NCBI GenBank assembly: GCA_017427405.1
Contig: JAFRSV010000016.1
Span: 31,333-95,332 of the forward strand
DNA: 64,000 bases
Reading direction: 5' to 3'
Source: Alphaproteobacteria bacterium
GTDB taxonomy: Bacteria > Pseudomonadota > Alphaproteobacteria > Rs-D84
Made by a program: the position numbers and the translations under genes. The stretch's first letter is position 1. Each line of letters opens with the position of its first letter. Of the stretch, positions 1-9,200 are shown piece after piece. Below the pieces are notes generated by a model. It did not search any database. It was not told the origin of the DNA and worked only from the letters and a program-made list of their open reading frames with translations.

Positions 1-1278
1 AAGGTCAACAATTTCGCGGCATTGGCCCAATGTCATGGATTTTGATGTGCTGGACAAATCCGATGAGATATACTGATTGATTGCGCCAATTTTTTGGTTG
101 TCTTGCAATTCTTTTAGCAACGTGTTGCGCATAGATTCAATTGTGCAATCAAAGTTGCGGTCGCCGTGGCCCGCCAATGCACCGATTCCCGCGCCCAGTA
201 ATGTTCCGCCGGGAATTGCGGTCGCCGCAACTGTTTTCGTTGTTGGCATAAGCGAGAATCCGAACAAATCTTTGTTGCATGTGAACGAAGATCCGGTCGC
301 GCGCCACACTTCGGCCATTGCATCATCACCAACCGCACCAAAGAGCCAACTGTTGGTAATTGGTGTGTCTTTGTTATACGCCGCCACGCGCAGCAAGCAT
401 TGTGCGTTTTCCGCATCCCAACGTGCATAGTATCCGCGCTTGCCATCAATGCCGGTATCGTTTACGCGCGCACCAAGTGGGTTTAGTTTGCTAAGTGAAT
501 CATTACGCGCACTGTTGTATGCGCCGACGCGTTGGTCGTATTCAGATGTCACGTTATCATTGACGGAAACCGCGTTAAACGCCGCGCCGTATGTGTTGCG
601 GTCAAGCAATAAACATGTGTTTTCCGCCTGGGTCGGGGTAAGACCCGTTTGACGCAAAACGAACGCATAGTATTCCGGTTGAACCTTGCGCGCGTTAAAG
701 TCAAGCCATACATCCGATGTCGATGCGTAAACATATTGGCAATTGCGACGAACGGTGGAAACACACTTTTCCACTTGGGTCAAACAAAGCCCCATGCCAT
801 TTACGATGGAATTGCGCAGGTCTTCGTTAAACAGCGAATTTATGCCGTTCGGTAACGCGCCGCCGTTGACACAGCCCAAAACATCGTTCATACAGTTTTC
901 GACAGAATAGGATGAGTTTTTAACGCCGCCATCCGGGCATTCCGGAGTCGACGGATTTGGTGCCGGCGGAACCGGTGTATCCGGGTCCGGGGTTGGATCT
1001 GGGTCCGGATTTGGGTTCGGATTGGGGTTAGGATTTGGTGTTGGGTGTGGCAGTGGTGTCGGCTTTGGGTCGATGTCATTACTGCTAACGGTCATGTTTC
1101 CGCCCGCACTTACCGGCAAAATCGGAATAGACGGCATACGTGATGCCGCGGTGCCGCGTCCACGATTTGCGGTCGCCGTTCCGCGTGATACGTCCGTCGC
1201 CGCAAAAGCCGCGGTCGCGATTGCGATAATTGATAAGCATGTTACACTTTTACATACAGTTTTCAGCATATTTCGCAT
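1..1278 (-). CDS. Cysteine-rich secreted protein, paralog family (partial; 3' end runs off the left edge). Signal peptide MRNMLKTVCKSVTCLSIIAIATAAFA, PNPNPNPDPDP linker, Cys-rich body, glycine-zipper segment AIPGGTLLGAGIGALAGHG.
   Basis: Translated the minus frame by hand from the ATG at 1278. It stays open to position 1 with no stops. It is not in the ORF track because it has no in-window stop. Protein-like composition; resembles the other Cys-rich ORFs in the window. Confidence 0.55.
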   Translation of the reverse strand, partial: MRNMLKTVCKSVTCLSIIAIATAAFAATDVSRGTATANRGRGTAASRMPSIPILPVSAGGNMTVSSNDIDPKPTPLPHPTPNPNPNPNPNPDPDPTPDPDTPVPPAPNPSTPECPDGGVKNSSYSVENCMNDVLGCVNGGALPNGINSLFNEDLRNSIVNGMGLCLTQVEKCVSTVRRNCQYVYASTSDVWLDFNARKVQPEYYAFVLRQTGLTPTQAENTCLLLDRNTYGAAFNAVSVNDNVTSEYDQRVGAYNSARNDSLSKLNPLGARVNDTGIDGKRGYYARWDAENAQCLLRVAAYNKDTPITNSWLFGAVGDDAMAEVWRATGSSFTCNKDLFGFSLMPTTKTVAATAIPGGTLLGAGIGALAGHGDRNFDCTIESMRNTLLKELQDNQKIGAINQYISSDLSSTSKSMTLGQCREIVDL

Positions 1279-1379
1279 GAAAAACCCTCCTTTCTATCTG
1301 TGACATTATACCACAGAATAGGGTAATAAAAAAGTGTTTTTTGAAAAAAATATAAAAAAATATAAAAATAAATACTTTG

Positions 1380-1407
1380 TTGACAGAAAGAAAAATATGT
1401 CTATACT
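1380..1407 (+). promoter_or_regulatory. Sigma-70-like promoter TTGACA-N16-TATACT upstream of ORF 1441
   Basis: Near-consensus hexamers read directly, about 35 nt upstream of the start. Confidence 0.5.
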
Positions 1408-1410
1408 AGT

Positions 1411-1446
1411 GGGTAGTGTTAGTGTAAGTGGTTAGTGTAAGTGAGT
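1411..1446. repeat. GTGTTAGTG/GTGTAAGTG short tandem repeat array (family A), here in the 5' leader of ORF 1441
   Basis: Reads gtgttagtgtaagtggttagtgtaagtgagtg. The same motif family recurs at least 12 times in the window. Confidence 0.7.
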
Positions 1447-2469
1447 GATAAAAAGAAATCTTTTGCAAATTTTTGGCGCGCGGTTGCGTGGACGGGGATT
1501 TATGTGTTCGTGATGTGGGCGATTTTGCGCGGGCTGTTTAATTTTAATATGTTTTCAGTGGCGCATTTGACGAAACTTTTGCATTTGCAATTGCATGGGT
1601 TTGCGGGCGCAGTGTTTGGAATCTTGGTTTTGGCGGCGGTTCCACTTTATGTTGCGACAACGGTGTTGACAGTGCGAAATAAAGAAATGCCGGTTAAATT
1701 GCCGTTGCCAAAGTGTTTAACCGAAGCGAAACCGGCCCCAAAGCCCGAACCGGTTGTGCCGGTTGTGACGGCGCGGGAAACTTTGCCACCGGTTCGTGCG
1801 GGTGTGCCGATGGAAATGCGCGAAACATTTATGCGGGCACAGAAAAACTATGGCGCGCGACAAATGTCGGTGTTTAATCGGCCAAACGCGCCCATGAATT
1901 CTGATGCGCCGGCGGGGGCGGTGGGTTCGGTTGAACCGGTGCGTGAACCAATCGCCGAACCGGTGGGCGCGGCAAAATCCGAAGATGTGGCGGCGTATGG
2001 TGCGATGCCGATACCAACGGACTTTGATATGGATGCGTCGGCGGATACGGCGGATGTGCCGGTCTTTGCCGATATAAATTTTGATGATGATAATGACGGC
2101 GCCCCGTCGGACGGGGGCGTGCCCGCGGACGAAAGTCCGGTTGAAAAGGTGTGTGCGTGGTTGCGCGGGGCGGGGGTTGATGCCAAGGCGCATGATGATT
2201 TAATTGTTGCGAACGGTTATGCGATTGCGGTGCACGATGACGACGATTTTTGGGTGCCGGACGAAATTGATTGGTTCGCGGCGGGGAAACAGCGGCCTTC
2301 GCCAATTGTGGCGCTGCGGCGGGCACGGGAAGAACGTGGTTTGAAACCGATTTTGTACCTGGGGACCGATAGTATTATGGATTTGGATAAAAATTCCGCC
2401 GAATGGATTGCGGACGGGATAAAGGTTGTGCAGGGCAGGGAAGAGTTAGTGGAAAGTGTTGGTGGTTAG
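1441..2469 (+). CDS. Hypothetical membrane protein (2 predicted TM helices, P/A-rich and strongly acidic D/E-rich regions). GTG start within the repeat; start uncertain.
   Basis: 342-aa ORF with a promoter upstream. Its last 80 nt are duplicated downstream of an inserted repeat element. Confidence 0.5.
   Translation: MSDKKKSFANFWRAVAWTGIYVFVMWAILRGLFNFNMFSVAHLTKLLHLQLHGFAGAVFGILVLAAVPLYVATTVLTVRNKEMPVKLPLPKCLTEAKPAPKPEPVVPVVTARETLPPVRAGVPMEMRETFMRAQKNYGARQMSVFNRPNAPMNSDAPAGAVGSVEPVREPIAEPVGAAKSEDVAAYGAMPIPTDFDMDASADTADVPVFADINFDDDNDGAPSDGGVPADESPVEKVCAWLRGAGVDAKAHDDLIVANGYAIAVHDDDDFWVPDEIDWFAAGKQRPSPIVALRRAREERGLKPILYLGTDSIMDLDKNSAEWIADGIKVVQGREELVESVGG
2390..2469. repeat. Copy 1 of an 80-bp segment (the 3' end of ORF 1441) that is repeated at 2659-2737
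   Basis: The first 39 nt are near-identical between copies. The rest is diverged but alignable and still encodes an alternative C-terminus. Confidence 0.7.
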
Positions 2470-2657
2470 TGTTAGTTCTCCTCCTGCGGAGGAGTGGCGC
2501 CGAACGGCGACGAGGTGGGGGTAATAAAAAAAGAAATATATTTTATTTTCACCCCCACCCCGCTCAGTTCCACTGGGCACCCCTCCGATCATCAGCCACA
2601 AAATTTTTCAAATTTTGCGGTGATTGGAGGGGAACTTTGAATTCTGGAATATGTGTC
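2464..2657. repeat. Roughly 190-bp interspersed element (family C) with internal palindrome CTCCTGCGGAGGAG. Second copy at 25893-26072.
   Basis: Both copies start at the stop codon of the upstream gene inside a GTTAGTG motif. They share ...cctcctg(c/t)ggagg... and ...ggagg(a/g)gaactttg...ctggaat.... Confidence 0.6.
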
Positions 2658-2658
2658 T

Positions 2659-2737
2659 AAATTCCGCCGAATGGATTGCGGATGGGATAAAGGTTGTAAA
2701 AGATAAAGACGAGTTGTTGAAAGTGATTGGTGGATAG
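2659..2737. repeat. Copy 2 of the 80-bp gene-terminus duplication. It encodes an alternative C-terminus NSAEWIADGIKVVKDKDELLKVIGG*.
   Basis: Direct comparison with 2390-2469. Confidence 0.7.
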
Positions 2738-2959
2738 TAATTTTACCCTTCTACCATAAGATTTTATCTATCCGTACCCGATACTGTCAATTATTTCGTT
2801 TGAAATCTGTCGAACTTCTTCTTTGCCGTTGGATGGTGTGGTGGATTTTGTATTGTTTGGTTGTGTATTGAGACATTCCTGGCCGGTCCACCAACAAGTA
2901 TCATCATAACTGTTGCAGATGAGTTCTGTTGTGTAATCATCACAGTTTACAATTGTTTT

Positions 2960-4504
2960 TTATTCCTGTGCTTCTGTGGTGTTGGTGTCTTTTGGTTTGA
3001 AAATATCGCCGATTTTTTGCGTGGCATTTGAAATCCCTGTACCAACCTTTTGGGTGATATTGGAAAGTTTGTTAAGGATTTCCTGTCTGCGTTGTTTGCG
3101 TTGTTCTCTGGTAGCGGTTTTCTTTGCTTCTTTCTCTTTATTATATAATTTATAATATTCGTCGCACCATCCGTCAGTATAATATTTTCTACATGTGCGA
3201 CCGCTTGGATCTTTTTCCAACTGATCGTCTGTCGGTTCTGTTCCTCTTGCGTCTTCGCGTTTGAAGTCGGATTCAAGTACTGGATTACTACCCCCCCCGG
3301 TTGACGAAGTGATTGGTTGGCCGTTTTTGTCAAGACAACCCTTTTCATCGTTCCATGTGCCACCCCGGCCTTCGCAATCGGCCTTTGGTTTGCGCATGTC
3401 GCATTTGCTGCCTTGGTTGAATCCGGCACTGACCCATTCGCCACCGACGGCCGTGCATTTTTCTTTGGCTTGTTTTTCCGCCTTTTGTGTGTCGATTCCG
3501 CGCATAACCGCGCCCGATGTCCAAAGTGACGCCGCCGTCCCAAGGCCCGCACCCATTGCCGCCGCGGATGCGGATGTTTGCGACCGGGTAAGTCTTTGGG
3601 CGTTTTCCATGTATGTTGTGATATCAACACCGAACCAATCCGGCGTGCATTGGAATGTGTCGCCGGAATAAAGTTTCTTTGATGCCATAAGTGTGTTGTC
3701 CGTGCCCGCAAAGAAATTTACGGTATATACGCAATCAAGTGTTCGTTCGTCAAACATTGCGCCGAATCGTGTGCATTGGGTGCGCATTAAATCGCGCAAT
3801 TCGTAAAGGCGTTTTTCTTGTTTCTGGGCCTCTGTGGCGGCGATGTTTCGCCGGTCACCAAACACGCCCATTACGCGCGCGGCAAGGCCACTATCCTGTT
3901 CGCGGCATTCGTCGGCGATTGATTTGCATTTTGCAATTGCACTGTCGCCCGCGGATTTGGAAAGGCAATTTTCCAATGATTTGCCGCAAATTCCAAATAC
4001 ACAATTGTTATACCGGTTGCCACAATTCACGACGGAATTATAGTATGAAAGTTCAATTGCCGCGTTTCGGTCCGCCAAGATTTCCGGTGCAAGTAATGTG
4101 TATTCGTGGCCGGTGCATTTCGTGTTGCGACGGCACGCGTCCATTTTATTGCCCCAAACGGTTGTGGAATCCGACGCGCACTTTGTAAAATCCGCACCGC
4201 ACTTTTCCGACATACATTTGCGTAATGCCGCGTCGCACGCGTTTGCGGTTGTTATGTTTGTTCCGCCGGTTGTGGTCGCACCCCCATCGCCCGCCGCATC
4301 AAGCAATGCGCGTTGCCGCCGAATTGTTTCGGCGAGTGCGGCGTTTGACGAATCGGTCGCATTCGCGCCCATTTCCGACAGTACATCATTAAACTGTGAC
4401 GTTTTGTTGCTGACGACGGACGTGGTTGCCGCATGTGCGATATTTGCCACCGCGATAGTCGCGAAAATTGAAAGCCCGCAAAAAATTTTCAAATTCGTTT
4501 TCAT
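2960..4504 (-). CDS. Cysteine-rich secreted protein (514 aa), paralog family. Signal peptide, roughly 30 Cys, glycine-zipper AAAMGAGLGTAASLWTSGAVM.
   Basis: Long ORF with N-terminal signal peptide MKTNLKIFCGLSIFATIAVANIAHA. Shares motif C[MI]x[EK]KCG[AT]xFxxCA[SE]D with ORF 4506-5387. Confidence 0.6.
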   Translation of the reverse strand: MKTNLKIFCGLSIFATIAVANIAHAATTSVVSNKTSQFNDVLSEMGANATDSSNAALAETIRRQRALLDAAGDGGATTTGGTNITTANACDAALRKCMSEKCGADFTKCASDSTTVWGNKMDACRRNTKCTGHEYTLLAPEILADRNAAIELSYYNSVVNCGNRYNNCVFGICGKSLENCLSKSAGDSAIAKCKSIADECREQDSGLAARVMGVFGDRRNIAATEAQKQEKRLYELRDLMRTQCTRFGAMFDERTLDCVYTVNFFAGTDNTLMASKKLYSGDTFQCTPDWFGVDITTYMENAQRLTRSQTSASAAAMGAGLGTAASLWTSGAVMRGIDTQKAEKQAKEKCTAVGGEWVSAGFNQGSKCDMRKPKADCEGRGGTWNDEKGCLDKNGQPITSSTGGGSNPVLESDFKREDARGTEPTDDQLEKDPSGRTCRKYYTDGWCDEYYKLYNKEKEAKKTATREQRKQRRQEILNKLSNITQKVGTGISNATQKIGDIFKPKDTNTTEAQE

Positions 4505-4505
4505 T

Positions 4506-5375
4506 TTACTTTAATACCGTGCATGCCGTTTTATAGAACTGACACAATCTTTCCGCCATTGACCGTTCGGTTTTGTTATTGTCGCATTTGTTCGGCATAT
4601 TATTGTTGCATGTCGCGGTGACGCAGTTTTCAAATGTTTTGCCGTTTTTGCAGTTTGTTTTTGCGCCGGCAACCTTGGATTCGCGCGTGCTTTGATAATC
4701 TTTGACCAAGTTTTGCAACACACTTTCGCGCCGCGCCGCCGCGGTTTTGCGGTCGTTTGTTATACTTGTTCTAAATTCCGCAATGTAATCGTCGCAACCC
4801 GTCGATTCCGCCGCGCATTCGGCGATGGAACGGGTGAATATCGCATCTTCGGCACAGTTTTCAAATGCCGTGCCGCACTTTTTGTTTATGCATACGGTAA
4901 GTGCGTCGTTGCATGATGTTTTTGTTGGCTTTTTATTTATTGTTTGCATCGCGCTTGCGGTTTGCATGCTGACGCCTGCGGCCTTGCACGATTGTTCAAT
5001 AAGTTTGTCGTATATGTCGGATACATCGTCCGCCGTGCAATCAGGTAATTTTTTGATGCATTCGGTTGTTGCCCATACATATCGCCGTCCCGGGTCGGAC
5101 GGCGCAACGCGCAGTTCGCGGTCGGTTAAAACATATTTTGTTGATTGCCCCGCGGTTATTGTTGATAAACCCTTTTGCGATGGTGGATTGCCGGCGGCGG
5201 ATGTGCCACAATACTGGCACCGGGCGGACGGATTCATGCCGATATTTATTGCGCACGCGGAATCAAGACATCGTTGCATGCTGGTCTTTTGGCACTTTGA
5301 TACCGCGGCGTGCGTGCACAAAACCGGCGTAACCGCGCAAATTATCGCGATAAAAATTATGCTGTGGCGTTTCAT
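4506..5375 (-). CDS. Cysteine-rich secreted protein (about 289 aa), paralog family. Directly upstream of 2960-4504 with a 1-nt spacing, so a likely operon.
   Basis: Signal peptide MKRHSIIFIAIICAVTPVLCTHA. The ATG at 5375 is preferred over the one at 5387. Motif CINKKCGTAFENCAED matches CMSEKCGADFTKCASD in its neighbour. Confidence 0.55.
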   Translation of the reverse strand: MKRHSIIFIAIICAVTPVLCTHAAVSKCQKTSMQRCLDSACAINIGMNPSARCQYCGTSAAGNPPSQKGLSTITAGQSTKYVLTDRELRVAPSDPGRRYVWATTECIKKLPDCTADDVSDIYDKLIEQSCKAAGVSMQTASAMQTINKKPTKTSCNDALTVCINKKCGTAFENCAEDAIFTRSIAECAAESTGCDDYIAEFRTSITNDRKTAAARRESVLQNLVKDYQSTRESKVAGAKTNCKNGKTFENCVTATCNNNMPNKCDNNKTERSMAERLCQFYKTACTVLK

Positions 5376-5395
5376 CTCTCTGTCCATTGATTTGT

Positions 5396-5424
5396 ATTAT
5401 ATCAGAAAAGTGCCACCCGTGCAA
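5396..5424 (-). promoter_or_regulatory. Sigma-70-like promoter TTGCAC-N17-TATAAT driving the minus-strand Cys-rich operon
   Basis: Hexamers read on the minus strand, about 20 nt upstream of the start codons. Confidence 0.55.
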
Positions 5425-5444
5425 AAATTTTTTTAACAAACCCC

Positions 5445-5472
5445 TTGACAAGGGTAAAATTTTGTCTATAAT
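5445..5472 (+). promoter_or_regulatory. Consensus sigma-70 promoter TTGACA-N16-TATAAT for ORF 5505. The -35 lies inside the 13-bp palindrome CCCTTGACAAGGG.
   Basis: Perfect hexamers. It is divergent from the minus-strand promoter 25 bp away. Confidence 0.65.
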
Positions 5473-5504
5473 AATCACGAACAATAAAAATAAAGGAGGC
5501 AAAT

Positions 5505-6140
5505 ATGCCAACAGGAACAACAGGTGGAACAACACCAACAACAGGAACAACGCCGACAACAGGCGCAACGTCGACGACGGGTACAACGAACGAAAAGTGG
5601 AAACCGGGACCGTGGATTCTTGGGACGGGAAGTGTGCTTGGTGTTTGTTATATGTTAAGTCGGCTTTTGGGGGGCGCGGATGGCACGGTTGATGTTAATC
5701 ATCATATTGATGGTGGAACCGATGTTAACCATAAAGGCCAGGTTGAAGTGCCCGTTGATGTTAGTGGTGCGGTTGAGTCGGAAGTTGTAGTTAAGGCGGA
5801 TACGGCAAGTTGGAACAAAGTTTGCCGTGAATGCCAAGAAGAAAAACAACAGAAAAAAACCAGTGGTGGCAAGAAAAATCATGGCCGTAGCAGAAGCAGC
5901 AATTCCAATGTTAATATCAACATTAACAATAACAATGGTGAAGGAACGCAAAATGTCTGTGGTGAAAAGCCGTCTGGTGCAGATAACACATGTGGCAACG
6001 GTATAAATATCAACATTAATAACAATAATGGTGGTAATCAAAACGTTGGGAATTGCGGGGAATCTGCACAATCAAAGCCGGTATATAAAAGAGAAGTTTC
6101 TTTTAGTGGTGTGGTTAGAGTGCCATGCAACAGCCTGTAA
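5505..6140 (+). CDS. Low-complexity membrane-anchored protein: N-terminal (P)TTG(T) repeats, one TM helix, two NININNNNG...QNV(C/G) repeats, several Cys.
   Basis: Strong RBS AAAGGAGG 7 nt upstream. Consensus promoter and downstream terminator. Internal repeats are visible in DNA and protein. Confidence 0.55.
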   Translation: MPTGTTGGTTPTTGTTPTTGATSTTGTTNEKWKPGPWILGTGSVLGVCYMLSRLLGGADGTVDVNHHIDGGTDVNHKGQVEVPVDVSGAVESEVVVKADTASWNKVCRECQEEKQQKKTSGGKKNHGRSRSSNSNVNININNNNGEGTQNVCGEKPSGADNTCGNGINININNNNGGNQNVGNCGESAQSKPVYKREVSFSGVVRVPCNSL

Positions 6141-6164
6141 TTTTGTTTGGTTTCAAAAATAAAA

Positions 6165-6197
6165 AAAAATCGGGGCGAATTGCCCCGATTTTTTTTC
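6165..6197 (+). terminator. Rho-independent terminator (ATCGGGGCGAATTGCCCCGAT + T8), flanked by an A-run so possibly bidirectional
   Basis: Perfect 8-bp stem with a 4-nt loop followed by a T tract. Confidence 0.8.
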
Positions 6198-6252
6198 CAC
6201 TGGACACCAATGTCATTTTCTGATAAAATGGCACGTGATACAGAGAGAATTT

Positions 6253-9200
6253 ATGAAATTCATACGATTGGTTGTGTTTGCTTTGTTTTTGTGTCCGTTT
6301 GCGGTGCATGCGGCGCCTGTTACCGAATTTACCGCGGCGTCACAGTTATTGGCGGCGGCGCGAAATGCCGATATTCGCCAGGTACAATCGTTGGTTGCGG
6401 CGGGTGCGAATATAAACTTTGTTGATTCAACTGGATTGTCACTTGTTTGTACGGCACTCATGAATAATGACCTGCGTGCGGCCCAGATTTTGCAGATGTA
6501 TGGTGCGGATGCGTCAAAGTGTGACCAACAAATTAGAAAATACAGGTCCCGCCGTGCGCCAGAGCGAACGGGTGGGTTGTTCGGTGGGCTGTCCACCGCC
6601 CAGGGAATGACATTGGCGGCGGCGGGTGCCGCCGTTGTTGTAGGTGGACTTTTTCTTTTGACCGATGTTTTTGATGCGGAAAACGATAATGGATACACGG
6701 GCAGTGGCGCCGGCGGTGGGTCGGGTGGTTCCGGTGGCGGTGGTGGTGATAATGCGGGGGTTGGTGTGCCGGTCTTTGCAAATGGTTTGCCGTATGGACC
6801 GTTGTTGCCAAATGCGGCGGCGGAAACTAAAAACTATGCCGAAAATTTGTCGTATTACGCCCCGGCGGATACGACAAGTATTTTATATAAAAACTTTCAA
6901 TTTATGAATCAACAAGAAAATTATTTGCTTTTGATGCGGGGGTATTCGCCCCTTGCGCGCGGGTATTTGGGAATGCGGACATTGCGTGATTCGAATACGT
7001 ATGCGCCAATTAGTTTAAATGGCTATAATTTGGGTAATGACCCGGTTGAAGGTGGACGCCCGGTCAATGTTGCGTTAATCACGGCAAATGGTATAAATGC
7101 GGCGGCAAATACGTCATTGGCGGACAAGTTTGTTATATGGACAACAACGAACGGGTCGTCATCGTTAAACCCGGCAAGTAATACAATGATTTCCAGTAAG
7201 TATTACAATAATAAAATCATTACTGGGAACGATGGGTCGTCAATAGAAGACGATACCACGGTGGAAGATTCCACTTTTTTAAGTTATTTTGATTTATCTA
7301 ATTCTGGGACGGCGGTTTATAATAATGCGGCGACAGGGGCGGATAATGTGATTGCCAAAATTGTTGGTGGAAACACCGCGGGGTATTCAAATGCGGATTT
7401 TATTGGATTTATGCCAAATGGCCAAATGACAATTTATCGCACCGGTGGTGGAACGCATATGGTTAATTTGGCGAGTCCGGCAAATGTTGGAACGTGTTCG
7501 TCTTGTGTCGATGAATTTGTTACAGGTGTCGTATTGAATATAAATGGACTTGGCGAAAATTTGATTGCAACGGTTAATGGTTATGCGGTGACATTGTCAA
7601 ATGAAACGCATACTTATTATGGGTATATTAGTGCGGTGGATAATTTTTTATATGTAGATTCCAATGGTGATGGGCGCGCCGATGGTGCATATGCGATGAG
7701 TAGCGCGGGGACAATTTATCAATATAAACAATTGCAGCAAACGGATTACTATAATTATTCTGCGATGGTGAATGCGGCGGCGCGTTTGGGGGACGTTTCC
7801 GGCGGGCGTTCACGGGTTAGCATTATCGCAAATACCGATGTGATTGAACCGTTGCATTTAACAAATGCGGCAACAATTCAAACGGTTTTGAATTCCGGTA
7901 CGGGTAATTACGAAACAACATTTGGAAATCTAATTGCGGGTGCGTATGGTGCCACGGATAGCAATAATTTACCACAGACGAATGCGACATCTTTTTTTAA
8001 TTCACTGGGGGTATCGTATTCACCACTGACGGTATTTTCGACGGGCGGATTTGAAACAAATGCACAATGGTCAGATTCTCCGTTGGACGCGACATTTGAA
8101 AACGCGGCGCCGTTGGTTTATTCAAACCTTGAACATTTGTTTATGTCGGTTGTTGCGGTGGGGGCATCAACGGTGGACGAAAGTGGAATTGCGGCGAATT
8201 CTGACACAAACACAAATCCATATCAATTGGCCCAGTGGGCGGTTAATGACCCAACAGACGGTATGACCTATTACAAGGCGCGCACGTGCGGCACCGCCGG
8301 AATGGGTGGGGCGGGAATTGATCCGTGGTGCTTTGCGGCGGTTGGTGTGACCGATGAAATGGCAACCGCAGCGGCGGCGGGCGCGGCCGGGGTGCTGACA
8401 TCTGCGTTTTACTATATGACGCCACAGCAAATTTTTATGTTGATGGCACTAACGGCGGACGGGCCGTATTTGGGGCGGCTTAGTTCCGGACAAACACTTA
8501 CGGAATCCGCGCTTGCCGCGCATTTGCAATCGATGTATGAAATGCCCGCGTCGTATCAGTGGCGCATAGATAACAATAATGAAGATTATTTGGATGTGTT
8601 CAAAGAAGTTTTTGGTTATGGGGTAATAAATCTTGAACGCGCAACAACGCCGGGAACGAATTTGTATTTCTATTCGGGTGGTGATATTGTGTCAACGTCG
8701 GGAAATGCGTATTGGCGTGCGGCGACAACGACGGGTTTTCGTGGTTCGGGGGCGTTGAATATGGGGCGCGTCGCGATAAGTACCGCGGCATACGATGTCT
8801 TGGAAAGTGTGGATGGAACAATGCGGTTGCCGCGTATTTGGAAAAATAATTTTACACTTGGGTCTGATGGGCGGCACGCGCTTTATATGGGGGATGTTCT
8901 GTCAGATTTGCGTGTACGTGCGAATGACGATAATATGACGCGTGTTGGAAATATGTCGTTTGGTTTTACAAGGGGTGAACGCAACTATGACGACGGTATG
9001 GGTGGGGTTGATAATATGCGGTTTGAATATGCAAATGATTCTTGGAAAATTTCAGCGGATTATCAGCGTTATTTGACGGACGGGAAATCACGATTCGGTG
9101 GTGCATCGAATCCGATTTTTGGCCTTGCATCGAATGCGACGTCGGTGGGTGCGGAATATAAATATGGTAATTTGTTCTTTGGTGCACGCGGTGTTTCGGG

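Noticed and set aside
1717-2326. Pro/Arg/His-rich ORFs on the minus strand inside ORF 1441-2469 (and similar antisense ORFs inside 6235-9885, 28076-28496, 47099-48467)
   Set aside because: These are antisense or out-of-frame products of GC-rich coding sequence. They have a low-complexity composition and no starts with an RBS.
2403-2660. ORF inside the 190-bp family C element (MDCGRDKGCAGQGRVSGKCWW...)
   Set aside because: It lies within a repeat element. Arg/Gly-rich. There is no equivalent ORF in the second copy of the element.
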